Assembly (NCBI GenBank): GCA_964541845.1
Contig: CAZIRV010000004.1
Location: 1-36,488, forward strand
Length of the DNA stretch: 36,488 bases
Source: an uncultured Planctomycetales bacterium
Lineage (GTDB): Bacteria; Omnitrophota; Gorgyraeia; Zapsychrales; Zapsychraceae
Direction: 5' to 3'
A program made the translations under genes and the position numbers. The notes under the pieces were generated by a model. That model did not search any database and was not told where the DNA came from. It saw only the letters and a list, made by a program, of their open reading frames with translations. Positions 21,348-29,919 of this stretch are shown here, piece by piece (positions within the stretch are counted from its first letter, which is position 1; every line of letters begins with the position of its first letter).

Positions 21348-21456
21348 TAATACCGATTTCATTAAATAATTGCTCTATTTTTAACTCTGCTATTCTCGTT
21401 AAAGCGTCGAGAAAAGCAAAATTGATTTTGGTTATTATTTAATGGAATTGGTATAA
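21348..21456. mobile_element. MITE family A, full length (109 bp)
   Basis: TAATACCGATTTCATTAAATAAT...ATTATTTAATGGAATTGGTATAA, an inverted homolog of 8771-8879. Confidence 0.85.
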
Positions 21457-21470
21457 TATAAAATATTGCC

Positions 21471-22559
21471 ATGCGAAATATTCGAATATCTATTGTTGCG
21501 GTTGTCACGCTTTTAATAAGTATCGGCATCATTATGATTTATAGTTCCAGTGGCGTTTACGCCCTTCAGGAATTAGGGGATGCTTCTTATTTTCTTAAAC
21601 GGCATATTCTATTTCTTGGCATTGGATTCATTTTGATGTTTTCCGCGATGAGCATTGACTATCGAAACCTAAGGAAGATTTCAAAGCCGTTGATGGTTAT
21701 GGTTATTTTTCTTCTAATTTTAGTACTTATTCCAGGAATAGGAAAGGCCAGCTTTGGAGCGCGAAGATGGTTTAAGGTTGGGCCCTTTAATTTTCAACCC
21801 TCTGAACTCGCGAAGTTGGCCATTCTGATTTATACAGCAGATTTTTTGGCAAGAAAACGGAGTAAAATTATAGATTTTAAAGAAGGTTTTTTGCCGCTGA
21901 TTTTTGTGTTGGGAACCGTATGTTTGTTAGTGGTTAAACAGCCTGATTTAGGAAATTCAGTTCTGACAGCTTCAATTATTTTAATTATGATGTTTATCGC
22001 CGGAGCGAGAATTTTTCATCTGGGTTTATTAGGCCTATTAGCATTACCAGGGCTTTATTTTCTTGTTGTGAAAGTCCCTTACCGAATGCGGCGGATTATC
22101 GCGTTTTTAGATCCCTGGAAAGATAGTCAAGGCGTAGGCTTTCAATTATCTCAGTCTCAAATTGCCTTGGGATCAGGAGGCATCTTTGGTGTAGGGTTAG
22201 GGAAAAGTGTGCAGAAAATGTTTTATCTTCCCGCGGCGCATACGGATTTTATTTTATCCATTATTGGAGAAGAGGGCGGACTTCTGGGAACGTTAACGGT
22301 GATCATTTTATTTATGATTTTTCTTTTCCAGGGGGCACGCATTGTGAAACGAACTAATGATCCTTTTGGGTATTATCTGGGCACGGGGATTGTAGCGATG
22401 TTAGGACTTCAAACAGTTGTTAATATTGGTGTTAGTATTGGAGCGTTTCCAACTAAAGGATTACCTCTCCCCTTTATAAGTTACGGGGGTTCCGCGTTGA
22501 TTTTTAATATGATGTCCGTTGGGTTATTATTAAATATATCAAGAATAGAGGATTTGTGA
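21471..22559 (+). CDS. ftsW: SEDS peptidoglycan glycosyltransferase FtsW
   Basis: GARRW, FQPSELAK, QPDLG, LPAAHTDFI and PTKGLPLPFISYGGS motifs. Confidence 0.96.
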   Translation: MRNIRISIVAVVTLLISIGIIMIYSSSGVYALQELGDASYFLKRHILFLGIGFILMFSAMSIDYRNLRKISKPLMVMVIFLLILVLIPGIGKASFGARRWFKVGPFNFQPSELAKLAILIYTADFLARKRSKIIDFKEGFLPLIFVLGTVCLLVVKQPDLGNSVLTASIILIMMFIAGARIFHLGLLGLLALPGLYFLVVKVPYRMRRIIAFLDPWKDSQGVGFQLSQSQIALGSGGIFGVGLGKSVQKMFYLPAAHTDFILSIIGEEGGLLGTLTVIILFMIFLFQGARIVKRTNDPFGYYLGTGIVAMLGLQTVVNIGVSIGAFPTKGLPLPFISYGGSALIFNMMSVGLLLNISRIEDL

Positions 22560-23626
22560 AAATAGTATTAGCGACAGGAGGGACGGGGGGGCATTTGTTT
22601 CCGGCATTGCAAACGGCAAGAGAGTTTGTAAAAGAGGGGCATGAAGTTTTTTTTTACGGAAGTTTTGGAAAATTGGCAATAGAGAAAATTCAGTCCAGTG
22701 GTTTTGATTTTAAAAATATTTTAGCTAAAGGGTTGAGTTTTCGGAGTTTTGGAGCATTTTTTGTTTCTGTAATTACCATGGCTAAAGCTGTGAGAAAAGC
22801 TTTTTGCATGCTCAGAAAATTGAGACCGGACGTGGTCGCCGGATTTGGAGGATATGGGGCGTTCCCGGTGGTTTTATCCGCGTGGAGTTTGCGTTATCCA
22901 ACGTTAATTCATGAGCAAAATGTTGTCCCCGGGAAAGCCAATGCCATTTTAGCGAAATTGGTTAAGAAAATTGCTATTAGTTTCCCGCAAGGGGCTAAGT
23001 ATTTTAATCCCGGGAAAATAATTTTGACGGGGTGCCCGTGTAATGTGTTAGAAAATTCTCGTTTTAAAAAGTCTGTTTATAGTGAGTTTCATTTGGAAAA
23101 AAATAAAAAAACATTTTTTGTTCTGGGGGGAAGCCAAGGGAGTGAACGTATTAACACTGTTTTTATGCAGGTGATTCCTTTATTAAAAAAACAGATCAAT
23201 TTTCAGGTGATTCATATTTCAGGATCAGGAGAGTATGAAAAAATGAAAAAAAGGTATAAAGAATCGGGAATACGAGTTGCTTTATTCCCATTTTTAGATA
23301 AGATTAAAGAAGCGTATCAATGTGCCGATTTAGTGATTTCCAGAGCGGGGGCTGTCACAATTACAGAAATTATTATGGCAAGAGTGCCTGCAGTTCTTAT
23401 TCCCTATCCCCATGCCGGAGGACATCAGAAATATAATGCCCGGGTATTATGTGAATCCGGGACCGCGCATATGATTGAAGAAAAAGAACTGTCCGTTGAC
23501 GTTTTGAAAACGGCTATTTTTAGAATGATTAATAAAGATAAAAAAACTTTTTTAAATTCAAATATGCGTTTTCCCGACGCAACAACACGTTTAGCAGGAG
23601 CCATTAAGGAGATTTTTTATGATTAA
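22556..23626 (+). CDS. murG: Lipid II GlcNAc transferase MurG
   Basis: GGTGGHLFP, GFGGY, HEQN, GGSQG and SRAGA motifs. Confidence 0.96.
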   Translation: MKIVLATGGTGGHLFPALQTAREFVKEGHEVFFYGSFGKLAIEKIQSSGFDFKNILAKGLSFRSFGAFFVSVITMAKAVRKAFCMLRKLRPDVVAGFGGYGAFPVVLSAWSLRYPTLIHEQNVVPGKANAILAKLVKKIAISFPQGAKYFNPGKIILTGCPCNVLENSRFKKSVYSEFHLEKNKKTFFVLGGSQGSERINTVFMQVIPLLKKQINFQVIHISGSGEYEKMKKRYKESGIRVALFPFLDKIKEAYQCADLVISRAGAVTITEIIMARVPAVLIPYPHAGGHQKYNARVLCESGTAHMIEEKELSVDVLKTAIFRMINKDKKTFLNSNMRFPDATTRLAGAIKEIFYD

Positions 23627-24428
23627 AGCGCGAAGCTTTCGACTTATTGCTGCTTTTTTGATCATTTCTGTATTTTATATTTTTTGCGCGGCATCCTTTG
23701 TTGATGCCGCTAAATCAAAATGGAAAGAGCTTAAATCCCAGCATTTCATTATTTATTACAAAAAGGCCCCGAAAGATTACGCAAAAAATGTTTCGGATAT
23801 GGCCGAAGATTATTATCAGGAAATTTCTAAAAATTTAGGGGTCGTACGATATAAAAGTTGGACATGGGAGGACCGGGCACGCATTTATATTTATGACAAT
23901 TCGGATGATTACGTCACCTCTCTTAGGGTTGCGGGGTGGTCTCATGGAGTCGCCTCTCCCAAAGATAAAGTGATTCGTACCTTTCCGGCGGCGCATGGTT
24001 TTTTTGACTCAACGTTACCCCATGAATTAGCTCATATTATTTTTCGGGAATTTGTTGGGTTTAAAGCCAGGGTTCCTCATTGGTTTGAAGAAGGCGTGGC
24101 CATGTATCAGGAAAAAGGGCGCCGATGGGGGGCGCATCAAAGAGTAAAGAAGCTTATTGAATCAGGAAAATTTATTCCCCTCGGGGAGTTGTCTCAGGTA
24201 CGTTTAAATGGAAGTACGAATCCGGAAAAAGTCGATCTTTTTTATACAGAAGCAGCCAGCATTATTCAATATCTTATTGGAGAGTTAGGAGAAATGCGGT
24301 TTACTCGTTTTTGTCGAAAACTTAAAAAGGGGAATCAATTTGACTGGACCATGCAATCAGTTTATGTGCGTTTTAAAGGAATAGACAAGTTAAATAAGGC
24401 ATGGGTGGATTATTTAAAAAATAAATAA
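23619..24428 (+). CDS. Exported zinc metallopeptidase (clan MA/gluzincin-like)
   Basis: Signal peptide, HELAH and a downstream WFEEG third-ligand motif. Confidence 0.72.
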   Translation: MIKARSFRLIAAFLIISVFYIFCAASFVDAAKSKWKELKSQHFIIYYKKAPKDYAKNVSDMAEDYYQEISKNLGVVRYKSWTWEDRARIYIYDNSDDYVTSLRVAGWSHGVASPKDKVIRTFPAAHGFFDSTLPHELAHIIFREFVGFKARVPHWFEEGVAMYQEKGRRWGAHQRVKKLIESGKFIPLGELSQVRLNGSTNPEKVDLFYTEAASIIQYLIGELGEMRFTRFCRKLKKGNQFDWTMQSVYVRFKGIDKLNKAWVDYLKNK

Positions 24429-24440
24429 ATATAATGGGAA

Positions 24441-24514
24441 GTAGGGGACGTTGATTGATTAATTGATTTGGGGTATAGTAATTTCAAATCAATTAATCAA
24501 TCAACGTCCCCTAC
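24441..24514. repeat. GTAG-terminated perfect 30-bp inverted repeat
   Basis: GTAGGGGACGTTGATTGATTAATTGATTTG, a 14-nt loop and the exact reverse complement. Confidence 0.9.
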
Positions 24515-24526
24515 ACCTCCTCTACA

Positions 24527-24554
24527 CCTCTCACCCTCTCCCGGAGGGAGAGGG
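24527..24554. repeat. CCTCTCCC-type palindrome
   Basis: CCTCTCACCCTCTCCCGGAGGGAGAGGG, related to 15697-15830. Confidence 0.7.
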
Positions 24555-24573
24555 AACGAATTTTAAAAGAATT

Positions 24574-26952
24574 ATGAAAAAATATTATCATTTTATCGGA
24601 ATCGGTGGGATTGGCATGGGGACATTGGCTTCTCTATTATTGAGTAAGGGGTGTAAGGTTAGTGGTTCGGATATTCGTCAGAATGCTATGATGGAACGAT
24701 TACAAAAAGAAGGCGCGCGTATATTTTATGGCCATGATGCCTCGTATATTAATGACGCGGATTGTGTTGTTTTTTCTTCGGCTATTTCAAAAAATAATCC
24801 TGAAATTTCCGCGGCGAAGAAAAAGCAGATTGCTGTCATTCCGCGCGCGCGACTTTTAGTTGATTTGATGAAAGGGTATGACGGGATAACCGTTGCCGGA
24901 GCGCATGGAAAAACAACAACATCATCCATGATAGCGAGGTTGTTAATTAAAGCTGACTTTAAACCGACCGTTGCGGTAGGGGGCAGTACAGAAGGAAGTA
25001 CTAATAACGCCTTGTTGGGAAGCGGCAATTATTTTGTTGCTGAGCTTGATGAAAGTGATGGATCATTTTTGTATTTTAAACCGAAATATTCTGTCATTAC
25101 AAATATTGATTTTGAACATGTGGATTATTATCAGAATTGGGATAATATTCTTAACGCATATCGGAAATTTATGAATCAAACAGAAGAAGAGGGTAAGTTG
25201 TTTGTGTGTGGCGATGATTTCCGTTTATCCTGTTTGATGAAAGAGAGTACAAAAAATTTTGTAACCTATGGGTTTTCAGAAGAGAATGATTGTGTGGCGC
25301 GGAATATTGTTATTAAAGGGTTTGAAACGCGGTTTGAATGTATTTTTCAGGGAAAACATTTGGGAAGTATTCACCTGAATGTCCCCGGAAGACATAATAT
25401 TCTTAACGCGCTTGCCTGCATCAGCGTGGGGATTGATTTATCTATTGATTTTAATATTATTCAGAAAAGTTTGGAAGAATATCGATCTGTTCGTCGAAGA
25501 TTTCAGGTAAAAGGAAAGGTTAATGGCGCTCAAATTATTGATGATTATGCGCATCATCCGACGGAAATAAAAGCCGTGCTTGAAACAGCCCAACAATTAT
25601 TAAAAGGGGACAGCGCCCTATTTTCAGATAGAAAGAATAAAAAAATAGGGCGCTGTCCCCTTTTAATTACGGTTTTTCAGCCGCATCGTTATTCCCGTCT
25701 TCAGGCACTTTTTAAAGAATTTGTTGTTGGTTTTAGTCAGAGTGATTACGTTATTGTAACGGATATTTACGCGGCCAGTGAAGAGCCTATTGAAGGGGTA
25801 ACTTCGCAAAAGCTTGTTAAAGCTATTGAAGAAGTGACGGATAGCCCCGTTGTTTATGTTGAAAGAGAACATGTTGAGGCGTATTTGGTCGATATTGTGG
25901 AGCCTGAAGATCTTGTTTTAACATTGGGGGCAGGGGATATTACAGATGTATTAAAAGGGGACAGCGCCCTTTTTTATGAAGAAAATGGGTTTAAAAAAGG
26001 ACGCTGTATAGGTGTTTTAATGGGGGGGTATTCCTCGGAGAGGGCAATTTCGCTTAAATCAGGGCGAGCTGTTTATGAAGTCTTGAAGGCATCCGGATGT
26101 GATGTTGTGGCTATCGATATTACTGAACGCGATGAAAATAAAATTTTAGCACAAATTTTAAAAGCAGATATAGAACTTGCTTTTATAGCGCTCCATGGTC
26201 AATTAGGTGAGGACGGAACTATTCAAACTATTTTGGAAAAATCCGGCATCCCTTATACGGGATCAGGGGTTGAGGCAAGCCGGCTGGCTATTAATAAAAT
26301 TGACACAAAGATATTATTAAAAAATAATGGGATTGCTGTTCCAAGGTTTGTAAAAGGGGACAGCAACCTTTTTTATAAAAAAAATGGGTTTAAAAAAGTT
26401 TGCTGTCCCCTTTTACCCTTACCTTGTGTGGTGAAACCCATTTATGAAGGGTCGAGTATCGGCATTAGTTTGGTGAGAAAAACAGAAGAATGGGAAGCGG
26501 CGATTAAAACGGCGCGCCAATATGGAACAGAAGTTTTATGTGAAGAATATATTAAAGGGCGGGAATTAACCGTGGGTATTCTTGGGAAAATTCCATTACC
26601 GGTGATTGAAATTTGTCCGGAAAAGGAGTTTTTTGATTTTACGGCGAAATATAATAAAGGCATGACAGATTATATTGTTCCGGCAAAAATTTTGGATAAA
26701 ACAGCTTCTGTTCTCCAGGAGATTGCTTTGAGCGTTCATAACATTGTAGGGTGCAAAGATTTTTCGCGGGTTGATTTTATCCTCAGTGAAGAGGGAATTC
26801 CCTATGTTTTGGAAATTAATACTATTCCGGGATTTACAGAAACCAGCCTGTTACCCATGGCGGCTCAACACACAGGAATGGATTTTCAGCAGCTATGCCG
26901 ACAATTGGTGATGATGAATATAGGGACAGGACTGACCCCTGTCCCTACGTAA
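24574..26952 (+). CDS. murC-ddl: Bifunctional MurC / D-Ala-D-Ala ligase fusion
   Basis: MurC motifs (HFIGIGGIGM, GAHGKTTT, DESDGSF, DDYAHHPTE, FQPHRYSR, GAGDI) run into Ddl motifs (MGGYSSER, LHGQLGEDG, GSSIG, EINTIPG) with no stop. Start moved to ATG 24574. Confidence 0.93.
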   Translation: MKKYYHFIGIGGIGMGTLASLLLSKGCKVSGSDIRQNAMMERLQKEGARIFYGHDASYINDADCVVFSSAISKNNPEISAAKKKQIAVIPRARLLVDLMKGYDGITVAGAHGKTTTSSMIARLLIKADFKPTVAVGGSTEGSTNNALLGSGNYFVAELDESDGSFLYFKPKYSVITNIDFEHVDYYQNWDNILNAYRKFMNQTEEEGKLFVCGDDFRLSCLMKESTKNFVTYGFSEENDCVARNIVIKGFETRFECIFQGKHLGSIHLNVPGRHNILNALACISVGIDLSIDFNIIQKSLEEYRSVRRRFQVKGKVNGAQIIDDYAHHPTEIKAVLETAQQLLKGDSALFSDRKNKKIGRCPLLITVFQPHRYSRLQALFKEFVVGFSQSDYVIVTDIYAASEEPIEGVTSQKLVKAIEEVTDSPVVYVEREHVEAYLVDIVEPEDLVLTLGAGDITDVLKGDSALFYEENGFKKGRCIGVLMGGYSSERAISLKSGRAVYEVLKASGCDVVAIDITERDENKILAQILKADIELAFIALHGQLGEDGTIQTILEKSGIPYTGSGVEASRLAINKIDTKILLKNNGIAVPRFVKGDSNLFYKKNGFKKVCCPLLPLPCVVKPIYEGSSIGISLVRKTEEWEAAIKTARQYGTEVLCEEYIKGRELTVGILGKIPLPVIEICPEKEFFDFTAKYNKGMTDYIVPAKILDKTASVLQEIALSVHNIVGCKDFSRVDFILSEEGIPYVLEINTIPGFTETSLLPMAAQHTGMDFQQLCRQLVMMNIGTGLTPVPT
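25599..25667. repeat. In-frame palindrome family H, copy 1 (MurC domain)
   Basis: 26-bp perfect inverted arms ATTAAAAGGGGACAGCGCCCTATTTT, encoding LKGDSALFSDRKNKKIGRCPLL. Confidence 0.92.
25951..26007. repeat. In-frame palindrome family H, copy 2 (MurC-Ddl junction, right arm truncated)
   Basis: TTAAAAGGGGACAGCGCCCTTTTTTA...TAAAAAAGGACGCTGT, encoding LKGDSALFYEENGFKKGRC. Confidence 0.88.
26350..26416. repeat. In-frame palindrome family H, copy 3 (Ddl domain)
   Basis: GTAAAAGGGGACAGCAA...TTGCTGTCCCCTTTTAC, encoding VKGDSNLFYKKNGFKKVCCPLL. Confidence 0.9.
26920..26948. repeat. GTAG-type REP encoding the Ddl C-terminus
   Basis: TAGGGACAGG-ACTGACC-CCTGTCCCTAC, encoding IGTGLTPVPT. Confidence 0.8.
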
Positions 26953-26962
26953 ATTTAATCTT

Positions 26963-27724
26963 ATGGCGCGAAGAAAGAAAATAAAAATACAAATTCCTCC
27001 GATTATGATACGCGTTTTTTTGATTATTTTTTTTGCGTCCATGATAGGGTTTGCAGTTTATAAGGGACTTAGCGGATTTCTAACACGATCCCCCTGTTTT
27101 AGAATTAAAGTTATCGAATACGATGATGCCTTGCAGTTTATTAATAAGCGTGAATTAACCAAACTAAAAGGAGAAAATATTTTTTCAGTTGATCTCAAAG
27201 AAATTCAAAAAAAAATTCAGCGGAGGTATCCGCAAATTACGCGGTTAAGAATTATGAGGCGTTTCCCTGACCAGATTATCGTTTCTGCCCGAGAACGCCG
27301 CCCTTTTGTCCAAATGGATTATGATGGAAAAATTCTTACACTGGATTCCAAAGGGATTGTTCTTTCCACAAGTAGTAAGCGGAACAAGAAATTACCTTTT
27401 CTTTCCGGTATAAGGCGGAATAACAGAAGAGTCATTCTTGGGGTTCCTTTAAGAAAAAAAGGTGTTTTTATCGCGTTAGGAGTTATTGAGGCCTTTCAGA
27501 AGGAGCGGATGTTAGCAGGTTATCGTATCAATCGTGTGAATCTGGAAAGTTTATCAAAGATACGCGTTATATTATCCAATAAGTTGGTTGTGATTGTTGA
27601 TCGCGACAAGATAGCCTCTAAATTAAGAAAATTGGGTGTTGTTTTAACGCAATCAAAAATGAGTTCAAAAGAAGTGAAATATATTGATATACGATTTAAA
27701 GAACCGATTGTAAAGAGGAATTAA
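26963..27724 (+). CDS. ftsQ: Cell division protein FtsQ/DivIB
   Basis: One TM segment, a POTRA-like region (RRFPDQIIV...ERRP), C-terminal YIDIRF and position between ddl and ftsA. Confidence 0.88.
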   Translation: MARRKKIKIQIPPIMIRVFLIIFFASMIGFAVYKGLSGFLTRSPCFRIKVIEYDDALQFINKRELTKLKGENIFSVDLKEIQKKIQRRYPQITRLRIMRRFPDQIIVSARERRPFVQMDYDGKILTLDSKGIVLSTSSKRNKKLPFLSGIRRNNRRVILGVPLRKKGVFIALGVIEAFQKERMLAGYRINRVNLESLSKIRVILSNKLVVIVDRDKIASKLRKLGVVLTQSKMSSKEVKYIDIRFKEPIVKRN

Positions 27725-27758
27725 AGGTTCAGGCATGCCTGTTCCACCAATTTGAATT

Positions 27759-29003
27759 ATGTTTAAACAAAAATATTATTGTGGATTGGACATAGGAGCA
27801 CGGCAAATTAAAGCGGGAATTATTAAAATCCGTGATGCCATGACTTTTGAATTGGTGGAAACCTGTGTCCATAAAGCGCAAGGGTTTAACGCGCGAGGTG
27901 TGAGTGAGTTAGAAGAATTAGTCGATTGTATTCATAACACAGTTGGAAATTTATCTAAAAAAACAGGGATACGCCTAAAGGAATTACAGATTGGAATTGG
28001 GGGTGGATTGGTGAATTTCCGTAATACCAATACAGTCATTCCGTTAACCGAAAGAGGGAATAAAGTTATTGCTCAGCGAGACATTAAGAAAATAAATACA
28101 CATGCCCAATTGTTGGGCATCCAGATGGAAGAAGAGATTTTACATAGTATTCCACAATGTTATAGTATTGATGATGCAGGAACAAGTTTAAATCCCGGAG
28201 GGCTTTACGCGCGAAAGCTCGGATTAAATTCGTTAATAATTTTAGCCAACGCGAGTTGTTTAAATAATATTGTTCGGGCGGTTGGCCAGGCAGGCTACGA
28301 TGCGGCTAACATTTTTTTTAGTGTTTACGCGGCTGCGACTGTGGTTTTAAGTGAAGAGCAGATGGAAAAAGGGAGCGTCTTAATTGATATAGGAGCTTCA
28401 GGAACCGACCTTTTGATTTTTAAAGAGGGGCGTTTGAAGTATTTTGATAAAATTCCATTTGGGGGTAATGATTTTACAAGGAGTATAGCACAAGAATTAA
28501 GTCTTTCATTTGAATTAGCTGAAGATATTAAAAAGTCTTACGCGGAGATTAAAGGAGATAGTACCTTTAGGAAAAGGGGTCATCCTGAAGAAGAAATCCT
28601 GGTAAAAAAAAATCAAGCTTATGTTCCGGTTAGACGCGAAGTCATTGATCAATCCGTTGAACGGAAAGCAGTGTATTTTATAAAAAAGGTTCAGGAAAGT
28701 ATTGAAAACGCCGGTTTAGGCCATGAGATGGATGGAGGGGTTGCGATAATAGGCGGCGGGGCTTTTTTGCCCGGTCTTATTGAAAGGTTCTCGCATGAAA
28801 TGAATCAATCGGTACGCTTAGGAGGCGTAAATCTTGAGGGATTAAATGATTTCAGTGAAGCCGCACTATTTGCTTCAGCTATTGGACTAGCCCAACACAG
28901 GTTTAAAAACACTTTGGGTTATGCGGTTTCTTGTGAGGAACACACACGATGGGTTAAGCGTATTTTTCAGAGAGCGGGAGAATTGTATGAGGAATATTTT
29001 TAA
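27759..29003 (+). CDS. ftsA: Cell division protein FtsA
   Basis: GLDIG, LIDIGASGT, PFGGNDFT, AEDIKK, GGGA and an amphipathic C-terminal helix. Confidence 0.9.
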   Translation: MFKQKYYCGLDIGARQIKAGIIKIRDAMTFELVETCVHKAQGFNARGVSELEELVDCIHNTVGNLSKKTGIRLKELQIGIGGGLVNFRNTNTVIPLTERGNKVIAQRDIKKINTHAQLLGIQMEEEILHSIPQCYSIDDAGTSLNPGGLYARKLGLNSLIILANASCLNNIVRAVGQAGYDAANIFFSVYAAATVVLSEEQMEKGSVLIDIGASGTDLLIFKEGRLKYFDKIPFGGNDFTRSIAQELSLSFELAEDIKKSYAEIKGDSTFRKRGHPEEEILVKKNQAYVPVRREVIDQSVERKAVYFIKKVQESIENAGLGHEMDGGVAIIGGGAFLPGLIERFSHEMNQSVRLGGVNLEGLNDFSEAALFASAIGLAQHRFKNTLGYAVSCEEHTRWVKRIFQRAGELYEEYF

Positions 29004-29123
29004 TTAAGAGATTGGCCAAAAAAAATATTCTGCCAATCTTTAAACTGGGTTTAATTCCCCGAGGCTTGCCTCGTTTGTAAACGCTTAGATCAATACCTCG
29101 TGGGCTTACCCGAGGCAGTTTAT
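29004..29123 (+). mobile_element. Family E element, copy 2
   Basis: Closely similar to 19868-19988. It follows TTTAA (which includes the ftsA stop) and ends in GAGGCAGTTTAT. Confidence 0.7.
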
Positions 29124-29479
29124 TTTGTATTTTTATTATGTCGACTACGGAATCGGATGAAATTATAATTCATTTCTTTGAGAAGGGTGTTTGCGCACTG
29201 AAGGCCGTTAAAAATATAGAGCATCCAGAAGGAATTGAGAAGAAGAAGAAAAACAATAATGGTTGTGTTGGTTGATTGGGTCATGAGAATTCGTTCGATA
29301 AGGGCTGTTTGAGGAACCTCTACGTGAGTATCAATAACCTTAAATAGGTTAACGAACCAGAAAAGAAAAATAATAAACAGAACAATCTGAAAAAACATAA
29401 AATAAAAATGGCGCATAAGCCATTTCGCGGTAAGATTGTCCCAGTAACGAATTTTATTCATTGTATCTTTAAACGGCAT
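29120..29479 (-). CDS. Hypothetical membrane protein with two hydrophobic segments
   Basis: Open frame fills the gap and has two TM-like stretches. ATG 29479 is preferred to TTG 29515. Confidence 0.65.
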   Translation of the reverse strand: MPFKDTMNKIRYWDNLTAKWLMRHFYFMFFQIVLFIIFLFWFVNLFKVIDTHVEVPQTALIERILMTQSTNTTIIVFLLLLNSFWMLYIFNGLQCANTLLKEMNYNFIRFRSRHNKNTK

Positions 29480-29550
29480 AATTGATATGATACAAAGAAA
29501 ATTTAGAAAATACAAGGGCTTCTTGATAAATAATTTTAAAGGGAGGATTT

Positions 29551-29919
29551 ATGGCGTATAAGATATTGATTGTTGATGATGAGAGAGTAAATTTGACACT
29601 GGTGAAGTTTGGTCTTGTGGAGCAGAGCTATGAGGTTATTGTGGCCCATGATGGGGATGAGGGGCTTAAACAGATGGAAATGGAGAATCCGGATCTAATT
29701 ATTTTGGATGTCCAGATGCCAAAAATGAATGGATACGAATTTATGGCGGAGTTAAAATCCATCCAGGGATTTGAAACAACACCAGTGGTTATGTTGACAG
29801 CGAACGAAACCATGGAAGACGTTTTCAAATTAGAAGGGGTGAAAGGCTATTTTGTTAAGCCGGTTAATATTCCCGCGTTAATTGCAAAGATAAAAGAATG
29901 TTTGGGGGAAAATGAGTAG
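29551..29919 (+). CDS. Single-domain response regulator (receiver)
   Basis: ILIVDDE, LDVQMPKMNG, MLTA and KP motifs, with a GGAGG RBS. Confidence 0.92.
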   Translation: MAYKILIVDDERVNLTLVKFGLVEQSYEVIVAHDGDEGLKQMEMENPDLIILDVQMPKMNGYEFMAELKSIQGFETTPVVMLTANETMEDVFKLEGVKGYFVKPVNIPALIAKIKECLGENE

